From a virus, in IMG/VR virus record IMGVR_UViG_3300010399_000036, positions 1 through 64,000 of that record: DNA of 64,000 nucleotides. The stretch is one strand, 5' to 3'. Below are positions 8,502-17,959 of this stretch, one piece after another. The translations under genes and the position numbers were made by a program. Within the stretch, counting starts at the first letter, position 1; the number at the start of each line of letters is the position of its first letter. The notes under the pieces were generated by a model that was given only the letters and a program-made list of their open reading frames with translations, did no database searches and was not told where the DNA came from.

Positions 8502-9559
8502 AACCTCTTTCGTGGGTAGAGGAGAATGATGACATCATGATGCAAGAATCTGACATTAAATCTAACGTGATTGCGATGCCATTGGCAGAACAGCCCCGGA
8601 ATCTGCTTGACATGCCCCGCTGCACGTTTACGACAGTTGGGCTAATCATCGATCGTGGAATGCCGATAGATGATTGGGTTGAACTGGGGAAGCGCCTGGT
8701 AAGGGCCAAGGATAGTCTTGGGATTTGGCGCGGGGATTGGATTGAGTACGGCAAGCACGAATATGGCAGAAAATACGCCGCCGCTCTTGAACTGACCGGG
8801 CTTAAAGCGGGCACACTACGAAACGATGTATGGGTAGCCAACGCGATTCCTTTGTCACTCCGGAATGACAAACTGACCTCAAAGCATTACAAGGAGTTAG
8901 CGCCGCTGAAGCGCAAGAATAAGATTCAAACGTGGCTTGAACGCGCCGTGCAGGGCGACGGACGGAAGGCATGGAGCGCGTCAAGACTCCGCAAAGAAAT
9001 CATTCGCGCACTGGCGCCAACAGCTAAGACTGAGACCAAAGGGGTGGGTGACTCAACATCCCAACCTAAGCAGCCCCCCGTCTTGTCAAAGATCGCGCGT
9101 GAATTTATTGATGACTATATCGGCGAATTGGCCCGGTGGTCTGAAAAGATACCGTTGGCCTTGCCTTCGTCGGAACATGCCGCCGTGCAGTCGATGATCC
9201 ACGCGCACGGCGCGCAGGCGCGTAATCTAAAGAATCGGACACTGAGCACCGATTGCGATGCGATTGTAAGGGTAGTTAAGGATACCGAAGACGCGAGCCA
9301 CACGGGGGAAATGGCGGCAGCAGATGTGTACGATTGGCTCACACGGCTCGGTTACTTCATTGACCTAGAAGAATTCCGACAGCGGCTTGAGTACATGAGT
9401 CGCGAAGACATAAGAAAAGCGTTACTCACAAACGCCGGCGAAGACGGCAAATTGGAAGACAGTCGCGGGATGCTTCCCGGAATAGTCTGCGTCCCATGGG
9501 TTAAGTTGCGAGTTAACAAGGAGAAGCGCAAGCGCGACGAAGATGATGAGGAGTTCTAG
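8498..9559 (+). CDS. LmbU-like DNA-binding protein
   Basis: WRGDWIEYG..EYG.KY...TGL..GTLRN..WVA...LT..HYKE...W..SRLR. Confidence 0.55.
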   Translation: MKPLSWVEENDDIMMQESDIKSNVIAMPLAEQPRNLLDMPRCTFTTVGLIIDRGMPIDDWVELGKRLVRAKDSLGIWRGDWIEYGKHEYGRKYAAALELTGLKAGTLRNDVWVANAIPLSLRNDKLTSKHYKELAPLKRKNKIQTWLERAVQGDGRKAWSASRLRKEIIRALAPTAKTETKGVGDSTSQPKQPPVLSKIAREFIDDYIGELARWSEKIPLALPSSEHAAVQSMIHAHGAQARNLKNRTLSTDCDAIVRVVKDTEDASHTGEMAAADVYDWLTRLGYFIDLEEFRQRLEYMSREDIRKALLTNAGEDGKLEDSRGMLPGIVCVPWVKLRVNKEKRKRDEDDEEF

Positions 9560-9568
9560 CCTGGTTGA

Positions 9569-9597
9569 CTGACAAGTGAAGATCCTCTTGAGATAAT
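9569..9597 (+). promoter_or_regulatory. sigma70-type promoter, leaderless
   Basis: CTGACA-17 nt-GATAAT, with the ATG 6 nt downstream. Confidence 0.5.
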
Positions 9598-9603
9598 TAG
9601 GCC

Positions 9604-9870
9604 ATGCTTGAAACCAAAGACTTGTATTGGCTGGCGGGATTGCTGGAGGGCGAAGGCTCGTTCGGCGCAACCAAAGATGGGGCCTACCCGAATGTGTGTC
9701 TAAAGATGAATGACAAAGATGTGGTCTTCAAGGCCCACAAACTACTGCGACCAGCGATTTATCGGAAGAATGGGAACGACATAGCAGGGCCGATTTACGA
9801 TAAGACTCGTTTAAGCCCAACGGCCTACTACAAGGCGCGGGTTGGTGGCGCTTGCGCGGCATGCATCTGA
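9604..9870 (+). pseudogene. truncated single-motif LAGLIDADG endonuclease
   Basis: WLAGLLEGEGSF...LKMNDKDVV; only 88 aa. Confidence 0.65.
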
Positions 9871-10021
9871 GAAACTCGGTAAGATTAAAGCGATTCGGCT
9901 TGAACCGGGAGAGGGCAAAAAGATCGGCGCGGTAGAGATCCCGCAATGGCACCTCACGGTTGAGTTTGAGAATGATCACGATCCCGCTACTTGTCAGTGG
10001 TGCCAATCGGGCTATTAGGAG

Positions 10022-10279
10022 ATGCCGTCACGAGGCCGACGATTCAAGGATAGTTTGCGGGCGGTTAAATTCTGTCCGTGGTGTGGATCGAACGACATCC
10101 AGCGCGACGATTTCAACCCTGCCGCCATTTCCAAGAAAGGCGAACAGCGCGATCACGGCTTGCGATGTTGGGTTTGCAACTCGTGCTTTCAGGGCTACTC
10201 CGTAAAGCTTTCACCACGAGCCGAATACGCCCGCTATCTGATTCGCCAAGAAGCCAAACAACGGCCCGCCAAAACTTAA
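10022..10279 (+). CDS. Zn-ribbon protein
   Basis: CPWCGS...CNSC; AGGAG SD. Confidence 0.6.
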   Translation: MPSRGRRFKDSLRAVKFCPWCGSNDIQRDDFNPAAISKKGEQRDHGLRCWVCNSCFQGYSVKLSPRAEYARYLIRQEAKQRPAKT

Positions 10280-10335
10280 ATCCCACCTTCCAATTACACT
10301 CTAACCGATAGCCTCCCAAGTCGATCCTTAATCCT

Positions 10336-10638
10336 GTGTGGAGTGAAAGTAAAGTTATGCCAGAAACCAGAGTTGATACCGCAAACCTCTTTAAGGGAAT
10401 TATAGGCTCCCTGGTTCGCGCTACCTTAGGCGGTTTAACAGTCTGGCTTGCTACTCACGGACTTATCACTGAAAGCCAAGCAGGCGCGTTGTTAGAAGCT
10501 GCCGTTGTGGGCGCTATCACTGTGGCGTGGGCTATCTGGCGAAAATACAAGATTCAGCAACGTATTGCGGTGGCGCTGGAACTTCCAGCGGGCGCTACTC
10601 CTCAGCAATTAGATTCCGCAGTCAAATCGAGGGAGTAG
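10336..10638 (+). CDS. putative holin (2 TM)
   Basis: SLVRATLGGLTVWLATHGLI...AWAIWRKYK; first gene of the late block; start may be 10357. Confidence 0.7.
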   Translation: MWSESKVMPETRVDTANLFKGIIGSLVRATLGGLTVWLATHGLITESQAGALLEAAVVGAITVAWAIWRKYKIQQRIAVALELPAGATPQQLDSAVKSRE

Positions 10639-10682
10639 AGGAACCGGAACGCAAAAGAAGAATTGAATAAGTAGGAGATTCT

Positions 10683-11306
10683 ATGAATTCACCCAAAGAC
10701 AGGCCACGCTATTGGCCGACAGATAACCCGCTGATGACTACTTTGAATCGAGTGCGATTCCATAAATCGACCGACGAAGTAGATATAGCCATTGACCTGT
10801 CTAAGCGAAACTTTCTTAAGGTGGGTGGCGCGGCCGGCATCGGCGCCTTGGCGTTGAGCGCAACCGCCTGCCCCTTTGACGGAAAGAAAGTCACATTCTA
10901 CTCGGCAACCCTATCAAACTTTCTGAATGAAATCGCGGGATTGCTACCGGCACAAGCTGCATTCATCGCGCGGATTGTGAAGGTGATCTCGGACTTTGAT
11001 GTGGCGTATCAGAAGGGCGACTTCGCCAATGCTTCAGCCTTCTTCAATACGATGGTCGCGAATGTAACACAACTAATCTCGGATGTTGGGAGAAACCTTA
11101 GCCCTCAATTAAAGATGCTCTTGGCGGTAGCAAGCGCAACGATACGTACGATCGCGGTGCTGCTACAGCAACAAGGCACGACTCAGCCATCGGCAGTGGC
11201 ACGTGCGCGTGCGGCATCTCCTGATGCCGACAGGGCTATCAGCACGATTGAAAAACTGGCGAGTCCTTCGGCAGTAGACGCGGCATTTGCGGCGACGAAG
11301 CTATGA
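10683..11306 (+). CDS. putative Tat-signal lipoprotein
   Basis: SKRNFLK, then a hydrophobic stretch, then ATAC lipobox. Confidence 0.6.
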   Translation: MNSPKDRPRYWPTDNPLMTTLNRVRFHKSTDEVDIAIDLSKRNFLKVGGAAGIGALALSATACPFDGKKVTFYSATLSNFLNEIAGLLPAQAAFIARIVKVISDFDVAYQKGDFANASAFFNTMVANVTQLISDVGRNLSPQLKMLLAVASATIRTIAVLLQQQGTTQPSAVARARAASPDADRAISTIEKLASPSAVDAAFAATKL

Positions 11307-11503
11307 GCAACGAGCACTTCATCCGCAACCACCATCAGATCGTACGCTTAGCTGACGGTACGGAGAAGGACCTGGTAATCGGCGGTGACGGGAGGTTCAT
11401 CGGCTTGTTCCCACAGGATGAAGATGACAAAGAGATCCTAATGGGCTGGCATGACGAACAGTTTGAGCCTATCCCACGGGAGTTATGGAAGGTTGGGTAT
11501 TGA
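11303..11503 (+). CDS. hypothetical protein
   Basis: ATGA-coupled small ORF. Confidence 0.5.
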   Translation: MSNEHFIRNHHQIVRLADGTEKDLVIGGDGRFIGLFPQDEDDKEILMGWHDEQFEPIPRELWKVGY

Positions 11504-11508
11504 GCAAA

Positions 11509-11676
11509 ATGAGCGAACCAATCATCGAAAAGGAAATGTTGGTGGTCCATCGAGACGAGGCTTACGCACTTCAATACAACGTGCTCACCCATGAGGTGAC
11601 TGAGGAACAGACTGCAGACGACGCCATTAAGATTTTATCAATCAGGCCAAAGGTGGTAGCAGAAGAAGAGTCATAG
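11509..11676 (+). CDS. hypothetical protein
   Basis: Fills the operon gap. Confidence 0.45.
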   Translation: MSEPIIEKEMLVVHRDEAYALQYNVLTHEVTEEQTADDAIKILSIRPKVVAEEES

Positions 11677-11678
11677 CC

Positions 11679-11978
11679 ATGCACGACAAAGAAGAAGCTC
11701 AACAGCGTGAATATCGCAGGCGGACCAAGGATACCTCTGCCGACAGATTAATCCCTTACGAGCTTTTCTCTATCAGACTAGCAATTCAGGAACATTCCGC
11801 CAACGTGGGTAAGTGGGCGGCGATTCTCGACAGCACATTGAAAGAAGGATTTGCGGCATTGGGGCAGGTGGATGATGCGAAAGCACAAGAGAAGATCGAC
11901 GCGCTCGCGAGACGAGTGGAGACGCAAATCGCCTTTCTGCGGGCCGCTTCCGAACGTAACGAGGACTCAACAACTTAA
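11679..11978 (+). CDS. hypothetical helical protein
   Basis: Operon position and helical pattern. Confidence 0.55.
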   Translation: MHDKEEAQQREYRRRTKDTSADRLIPYELFSIRLAIQEHSANVGKWAAILDSTLKEGFAALGQVDDAKAQEKIDALARRVETQIAFLRAASERNEDSTT

Positions 11979-11999
11979 CTAAAAAGGAGAAAGAATTTT

Positions 12000-12230
12000 A
12001 TGCCAGCAGATTTCACGCAGTTGGAAGCAGATGTAACAGTACTGGAGGGCGTGGTTCCCTCGGTAGTAGCCATTATCAACGGTATCGCGGATCAGATTGC
12101 GGCGGCGGTTGCGGCCGACAATCTCTCTGACAATACGGCATCAGGGGCTTTGGCGTCCCGAGTTCGTAGTCAGGCAGAGGCACTGGCAAACGCAGCGGCA
12201 GCGAACAATCCGCCGCCACCCGAAGGCTAA
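12000..12230 (+). CDS. small Ala-rich coiled-coil protein
   Basis: AAGGAG SD; heptad pattern. Confidence 0.65.
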   Translation: MPADFTQLEADVTVLEGVVPSVVAIINGIADQIAAAVAADNLSDNTASGALASRVRSQAEALANAAAANNPPPPEG

Positions 12231-12364
12231 CTAAAAGTTCTGAGCGGTCTTAAAAACTCTTTCCGAGAGGCTCTAGCCATAGCAACCCGTGCTCGTCGGA
12301 AGCTTGGGGTTTTGAGGCCGCTGAGAAAATAGAAGTCGACGGTAAGGTTCCGTAGAAGGAGATA

Positions 12365-13105
12365 TTGTGCTTGGCCGGCAACAGCAAACAGGGGATCGGT
12401 TTAGGGGTGGACAAATACGGCGGGGCCGTAATCGATCCTACCAAGAACGTGCTGGATCTGACCGCTGCCGCAAATCGGAGACAGGACGATCTGCGCGAGA
12501 TGTACAACCGCTTTATGGGAGCGGAAATCAGACGACTGGAAGAAACAGTCAAGCGGGTCGAGCAGGTTTCGGAACTACACGCACAGCATATGCGGGAAGT
12601 CGCAATGATTCACCAGTCGCACGACATGGCGATTCACAAGATGGAGCAGGAGAAGCTGGCCGCTTTCCGGGCCAGTGATGAAGTGGCGCGATTGACAGAG
12701 GCGAATCGCAGCCTCGCAGCAATTCAGGTGGTCGAGCGCACTCTGAACTCCACTGCCACGGCCCTGGCCAGTCAGAACGCGGAGAATAATCTGGAGGTAA
12801 ATCGACGATTAGCGGCACTTGAAAAATCCAGCTATGAAGGAGCAGGCAAGCAGGCTGTGGCTGATCCCATGCAGGCGGAGATGTTGAACGAATTTAGGGC
12901 AATGCGGCTTTCTTTTGCGGAGGGCCAAGGTAAGGCGGTGGTAACAGACCCGTTGATTGCAAATATGATGGCTGAGCAAAAAAGAACCAACGAGATACTG
13001 GCGGAGAAAATGGGCGGCAGTAAAGGTATGGATAAGATGTGGGGATACGCGGTGGCAGCAGTGGGGTTACTTTACATCGTCTTAAAACTGGCAGGGAAAA
13101 TGTAA
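12365..13105 (+). CDS. coiled-coil protein with C-terminal TM anchor
   Basis: Long heptads ending in MWGYAVAAVGLLYIVLK. Confidence 0.65.
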   Translation: MCLAGNSKQGIGLGVDKYGGAVIDPTKNVLDLTAAANRRQDDLREMYNRFMGAEIRRLEETVKRVEQVSELHAQHMREVAMIHQSHDMAIHKMEQEKLAAFRASDEVARLTEANRSLAAIQVVERTLNSTATALASQNAENNLEVNRRLAALEKSSYEGAGKQAVADPMQAEMLNEFRAMRLSFAEGQGKAVVTDPLIANMMAEQKRTNEILAEKMGGSKGMDKMWGYAVAAVGLLYIVLKLAGKM

Positions 13106-13147
13106 TCGGAGCCATTCGCCGGCGTTTCCCAACCGGAGAGGAAGTCA

Positions 13148-13984
13148 ATGAAACACCTGATCGTCATCGTAGCAGTTCTGTTGTTCGCTAATCCCCTGCT
13201 TGCTCAGGAACCCAGAGCGGCTGCCGCGCCTCCGGTGTCTGGAGAAGGTGCCAATATTGTTCCCGCACCAATGGCGATCCCTCACAAAGTTGCAACCGAG
13301 CTGTGGGGAGATCTTGCCAAGGATACATATGCGGCACAACTGGTGGTTAGTAATCTCGATAGCGCCCGCCAGTTTCAAATCAATGATGTGGTTTTATCTT
13401 TCAATCCAATTCAATGCGCGTTAGCGAAAGAGACTTATCCGAACTTCGATCAAGCTGAATGCGAAGCGTTGTTCAAGAAGCACTTCAGTAATCTTCCTAC
13501 AGCCTACTCAACGCTAACCCGAGCTCAGGTTCAAGGAATTAAGTCTATCCGGGATTTGCAAACCAAGCGTGCAAGATTCTTTCGCGCAACAAGGTTTCTG
13601 GTTGCCATTGCATCGGCTCTCACTCCCTACAACGTCATGGGACCGGATGGAAAGACCGCAATTGCGATCTTTTCAGGCATAGGACTGCCGGCAATAGCGG
13701 ACCTGATACCGAATCCAGTGCCCGAGCAGATGGATAGACTTAATGAAATGAGTTACGACGGGCGGGTTGTAGTTGGACCAAACCAAGCGGCCACCTTCGT
13801 TATCTTCATCCCCAACGATCTACTGTTCGATAGACATACCTGGAAGATGTACAAGGAAGACAAAGGCAGTCCTGAGAGTTTGGAGTTAAAGCGGGCAATG
13901 GGATTCTTCCTTACAGCGATCGTTACTGGAGCGCAGATTACAACTACTCCCCCACAATCGTTTCGTAGTAGTGCGGTGCGCTGA
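13148..13984 (+). CDS. secreted protein with a Sec signal peptide
   Basis: MKHLIVIVAVLLFANPLLA-Q. Confidence 0.7.
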   Translation: MKHLIVIVAVLLFANPLLAQEPRAAAAPPVSGEGANIVPAPMAIPHKVATELWGDLAKDTYAAQLVVSNLDSARQFQINDVVLSFNPIQCALAKETYPNFDQAECEALFKKHFSNLPTAYSTLTRAQVQGIKSIRDLQTKRARFFRATRFLVAIASALTPYNVMGPDGKTAIAIFSGIGLPAIADLIPNPVPEQMDRLNEMSYDGRVVVGPNQAATFVIFIPNDLLFDRHTWKMYKEDKGSPESLELKRAMGFFLTAIVTGAQITTTPPQSFRSSAVR

Positions 13985-14021
13985 TATTGAGTGATTACTT
14001 TCCAGCACAAGGATAGATGAG

Positions 14022-14372
14022 ATGAGTAATTGCGATCACATTGAGCACATTAGGTTCGGTCCATTACCAGAGCCGGAACCGACGAAGGCGCAAATAGATG
14101 CCATCGTTCGAGGTGTTCGCGACATATTAAAGGAGGAAGAGATGCCAGTGCGATGCAAGTTTGTATGCAGCTTCAAGGAAGGTCAGAGCGTTCACTTTAG
14201 CCCGGTCTATAGCGGCAGCGAAGAAAATAAGAAGTTCTTCCAAGCCACCCCAGGTGGGCAGATCGCCTTTTATACGGTTAATCAATCAGCGCTCGATCAG
14301 TTTGAGCAGGGCAAAGAGTATTACGTCGACTTCACGCCCGCAGAAAAGGTGGCGCAAGGCGCTGGTGCGTAG
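14022..14372 (+). CDS. conserved small phage beta protein
   Basis: VRCKF...FSPVYSGSEENKKFFQATPGG...EYYVDFTPA; real start may be 14142 (AGGAGG SD). Confidence 0.7.
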   Translation: MSNCDHIEHIRFGPLPEPEPTKAQIDAIVRGVRDILKEEEMPVRCKFVCSFKEGQSVHFSPVYSGSEENKKFFQATPGGQIAFYTVNQSALDQFEQGKEYYVDFTPAEKVAQGAGA

Positions 14373-14494
14373 CATGAACTAGAGGCGGCGGACGCCCGGA
14401 AGCGCCCGCCAACCGTCCCGCGTCGCCGCTCCGCAAAGAACAAGCGACGCAGGGCGCCAGAACTTTAACCCTCCCGGAATTGAGGAGCAAGTGA

Positions 14495-14644
14495 ATGAGA
14501 GACGACAAACGCAAAGATCAACCAGAGCGACCCGAACCGCCAGCGCCGAAGCCCGATGCCGAGCCGCAAGATGGCGGAACAGATCCTGGTGTGCCGGAAG
14601 ATCCCGGCAAAAAGCCGCTTCCGTCTCCACCCGTGAGGCCGTAA
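14495..14644 (+). CDS. 49-aa Pro-rich peptide (not in ORF track)
   Basis: GAGGAG SD; MRDDKRKDQPERPEPPAP...; TAATG coupling to the next gene. Confidence 0.55.
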   Translation: MRDDKRKDQPERPEPPAPKPDAEPQDGGTDPGVPEDPGKKPLPSPPVRP

Positions 14645-15102
14645 TGGAAGTGCGGAATTTCAGCTTAGTAACACAGCGAAAAACGCTGGAACAGGTAGAG
14701 CCTATCTGGCTGCTGCGCTGGCTACTACGCCATTACTTTAAGTGGCGCGGATTTGCTTGCCGTTCGCATTGTGGGAGTTGCGACGGGAAGTGCTATGCGT
14801 CGATCGAGTATCGCGGGGTCTTCGATGATGAAGGCATGGCGTATTACGCCGCCAGATGCGATGGCGGAGCGGTAAAGCCAATTCCGTTTAATGCGGCCTT
14901 GCCAGAAGAAACAGTGAGTTACGAAGTGGGAGACGTGCCACTGTCTGAAGCCTCGCCGTGGTATCGACGCGGAGTGCTATTGCCGTTTGAGGCCATCCCA
15001 AGAAGAACCATCAAGGACAACTTGGCAAGCCTTCGCTCACTTGAGGGGCGGTTGGACCAGTTGGATGACCATATCAAAGGGAAATGCGTAAGGGCATCAT
15101 GA
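14644..15102 (+). CDS. hypothetical protein
   Basis: Coupled ATG at 14644; CRSHCGSCDGKC cluster. Confidence 0.6.
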   Translation: MEVRNFSLVTQRKTLEQVEPIWLLRWLLRHYFKWRGFACRSHCGSCDGKCYASIEYRGVFDDEGMAYYAARCDGGAVKPIPFNAALPEETVSYEVGDVPLSEASPWYRRGVLLPFEAIPRRTIKDNLASLRSLEGRLDQLDDHIKGKCVRAS

Positions 15103-15103
15103 A

Positions 15104-15550
15104 ATGCAAAAAGGCTTTTATGATCCCTCACTTAGTTTACCCGGTCTTCTGTACCTCATGGTTGCAGGGTTTCTTGGATGGATTGGGAATCGCGCTTACA
15201 AATGGGTGCTGTTATGGCTCAACAGAAAGAAGCCAGCGGCAGAAATAGATGAATCTCAGGCTCGAACAGTAAAGACATTTGCAGAAGCGAGAAGGATCAA
15301 CGTAGAGGCCGACACAGAACTGAATGCGATTATTCAACGGCTACATTTAAGAATTGATCAGATGCAAGTGGGTATAGATGAAATCAGAGATGATCGTGAC
15401 GAATGGAGAATGAAAGCTGAGTCTGCGGAGTCACAACGAAAGATAGATGAGCACTACATCAAAAGATTAACAGCCGCTAACGAATTGAAAATCACGCTCA
15501 GCGAGCTGGATAGGGTGAAACCAGAAGCGAGCGAATCGAAGCCTGATTAA
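15104..15550 (+). CDS. N-terminal TM plus coiled-coil protein (holin/inner-spanin-like)
   Basis: GLLYLMVAGFLGWIG followed by heptads. Confidence 0.6.
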   Translation: MQKGFYDPSLSLPGLLYLMVAGFLGWIGNRAYKWVLLWLNRKKPAAEIDESQARTVKTFAEARRINVEADTELNAIIQRLHLRIDQMQVGIDEIRDDRDEWRMKAESAESQRKIDEHYIKRLTAANELKITLSELDRVKPEASESKPD

Positions 15551-15680
15551 AAGGGAGTCGCTCTCATGCGAGGGCGGGAGTTGTTTAAGTGGTTTGCTTT
15601 TTGTCAGAGAAGGACCGGGAGACTGGGGGCATTCTTCCGGTCCAATTATAAAGAGGAGGCGTTGATCAGCGAAAGTCAGA

Positions 15681-17561
15681 ATGGAAATTAAAACCGACAC
15701 TGGAACCTATTTACCCAGCGCAGCACCTTCCCCTTTACCACCAGCCGGCAATTCATTCATAGATGGACTCTCAGGAATCAAGCTAACCCGTCTTACGGAT
15801 GAAAAGGACGGCCCTGGATTCGGCACTACCTATTCAATTTGGCCGGCCGCCAATCGTGATTGCACGAGGTTGTATGTCTTCGGTTCAGCTTCGAATAGCT
15901 ACTGGACCGTAGGGTTCGATCCTACAACCGGATCTCGAGTAGGCGCATTAAAGCCTGTCTCTCCGATACCTGCGCGAATGTATTCAAACTATGAATCCGC
16001 GTTGTGGTCAGGAATTGATCCGGATAAGCTCTTTGTGATAGCCGACGCGAAGCTTTACGCTTATCACCCGTCAACAGATCAATCCACTTTAGTTGTAGAT
16101 CTCACCGCGCGCTTAGGCGCTGATTATTCTTTCCGTCAATCACATAAGAGCAGAGACGACAAAAGGTTTGCTGGTTCTGGTCCTCAAGGTTTTGTTGTTT
16201 ACGATGTGGAGCTCGACAAGATCATGCTCGACGTGCGCACCACCGACATGAACGGCATCGCATTCGATCGAAGCGGCAAGTGGCTCTTGTACGTTCCTGA
16301 TGATGACAATACGGAATACATCTATAACGTCGAGACGGGTACAAGAGAGCAGATTCACTCCGATGTTACAACCGGGCTTCCAGACTTCACCATCGGGCAC
16401 TGTGACGTGGGAACGGACTTTATTGCAGGGAATGATCGCTGGCGTGGCGGAATCTCAGGGCGCCGAATGTCGGCGCCGCACGCGGTAGAAATCCCTTTTA
16501 CTTACTCGCCATCGTGGATCAACCATCACTTATCAATGACTGCGGATGATGAAAGATGGGCCTTGCTCTCCACTTACGGGGATATTGTTGGACCTGCCGA
16601 TCCGAACAGGTTTAAGAACGAATGCTTTATTGTTGGTGTACAGGGGGATGCGGTCGGCAAGATCAAGCGTCTCTTCCATCATCGCGCCAGCTTTAATAAT
16701 CCAGACTTCGCAAAACGCTATTGGGGCACACCAAAGGCAAATGTAAGCAGAGATGGAAGGTTCGTATTCTTCACTTCCGATATGGGCACAGGCCGAAATG
16801 ATTTATGGGTAGCTCAAATATCCGGGGATGTCTCAGCGCCACCACCGCCAGTGCCGGAGCCAGCGCCTGCTCCGAGTCCAACGCCTACGCCAAGCCCGAC
16901 ACCTACTCCTGCTCCAGCCCCGTCTCCATCTCCTCTCCCAACTGCGGCTGTTACTTCTCCGTTTGATGGTGCAACACTGTCTGGGACTGTGACAGTGACC
17001 GCGATCGCCAACAATGCCGTTACGGCCTATTTAATCGTTGATGATCAAGTGATTGCACAAGACTCAGAGGCTCCCTACAGCTACAGTCTCGACACACGGA
17101 AGCTAAACGAAGGTGAGCACGTTCTGTACGTGCGCGCGTGGGACGCGGCGGGTAACGCAGGAGATTCAGCAAAGGTGAAGTTCACGGTGAAGAACGTTGC
17201 GCCTGCACCAACACCGACCCCTGAGCCAGTGCCAACACCCACGCCTACTCCCACTCCAACCCCAACTCCGACTCCAACACCTGTGCCGCCTGCTCCATGT
17301 GCAATGACGATCAATGCGCCAACGATTCCAGCATGGGGCACGGGCAAGTTGGTGGTTACGCTTACTGGATTGACTGGGCCGGGAGTGGTGAAAGTTGTTT
17401 CCAACTCAGGCCAAATTACTGTTAGCCCTGCGTCTAAGTCAGTGAGCCCTGGTGCTACAAGCGTAATTGCAGAGTTTCAGTTGCAGGCAAAGAAGAAGTC
17501 AGGAAGCATTACTGTGAGTGGACCATGTGGGGTGCAAACTGTGCCGGTGAATGTGCGGTGA
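15681..17561 (+). CDS. beta-propeller + Pro/Thr linkers + Ig-like (Big_7-type) protein
   Basis: KLTRLTD...ANVSRDGRFVFFTSD; (PT)n linkers; TSPFDGATLSGTVTV...APYSYSLDT...GEH.L.VRAWDAAGN. Confidence 0.75.
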   Translation: MEIKTDTGTYLPSAAPSPLPPAGNSFIDGLSGIKLTRLTDEKDGPGFGTTYSIWPAANRDCTRLYVFGSASNSYWTVGFDPTTGSRVGALKPVSPIPARMYSNYESALWSGIDPDKLFVIADAKLYAYHPSTDQSTLVVDLTARLGADYSFRQSHKSRDDKRFAGSGPQGFVVYDVELDKIMLDVRTTDMNGIAFDRSGKWLLYVPDDDNTEYIYNVETGTREQIHSDVTTGLPDFTIGHCDVGTDFIAGNDRWRGGISGRRMSAPHAVEIPFTYSPSWINHHLSMTADDERWALLSTYGDIVGPADPNRFKNECFIVGVQGDAVGKIKRLFHHRASFNNPDFAKRYWGTPKANVSRDGRFVFFTSDMGTGRNDLWVAQISGDVSAPPPPVPEPAPAPSPTPTPSPTPTPAPAPSPSPLPTAAVTSPFDGATLSGTVTVTAIANNAVTAYLIVDDQVIAQDSEAPYSYSLDTRKLNEGEHVLYVRAWDAAGNAGDSAKVKFTVKNVAPAPTPTPEPVPTPTPTPTPTPTPTPTPVPPAPCAMTINAPTIPAWGTGKLVVTLTGLTGPGVVKVVSNSGQITVSPASKSVSPGATSVIAEFQLQAKKKSGSITVSGPCGVQTVPVNVR

Positions 17562-17638
17562 GGACCGTTCGCAAATAAAGAAGACTTCTATGGCAGGATA
17601 TTAGACAAGCATCGTGAACAGGGCAACGGAGGAAGGCT

Positions 17639-17914
17639 ATGAAAATTGTTCCAAATCAAAGATTCATACATGACAAACAGGCATACGAACAGGGTCAGGA
17701 GTACGACGTGTCCGACGAGTTAGGCCAATACTTCGATAATGTGGGATGGGTTGGTGACGATGAGGAAAAGGCGCACCGAAACCACAATATGAGGGCTGTT
17801 GACCTTGGGTTGCCGGTCACTGAGCCTGACGAAGCGGAAGTGGTGGTGTCGGAATTGGAAAAAGCCATCAGAAACATTAGATCGCGCAAAGAAACGGGAG
17901 TAAAGCTTGGCTAA
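17639..17914 (+). CDS. hypothetical protein
   Basis: GGAGG SD. Confidence 0.6.
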   Translation: MKIVPNQRFIHDKQAYEQGQEYDVSDELGQYFDNVGWVGDDEEKAHRNHNMRAVDLGLPVTEPDEAEVVVSELEKAIRNIRSRKETGVKLG

Positions 17915-17959
17915 CATTGTTCTGACTAATCGACGCTGGAATAATCGGGAGGTGTAATT

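Noticed and set aside
14491-14643. Arg-rich N-terminal extension of ORF 14491-15102
   Set aside because: Better explained by a separate Pro-rich ORF (14495-14644) coupled to the ATG at 14644.
16835-17295. Short-period DNA repeats as a CRISPR array or VNTR
   Set aside because: They are degenerate codons for Pro/Thr linkers within a CDS.
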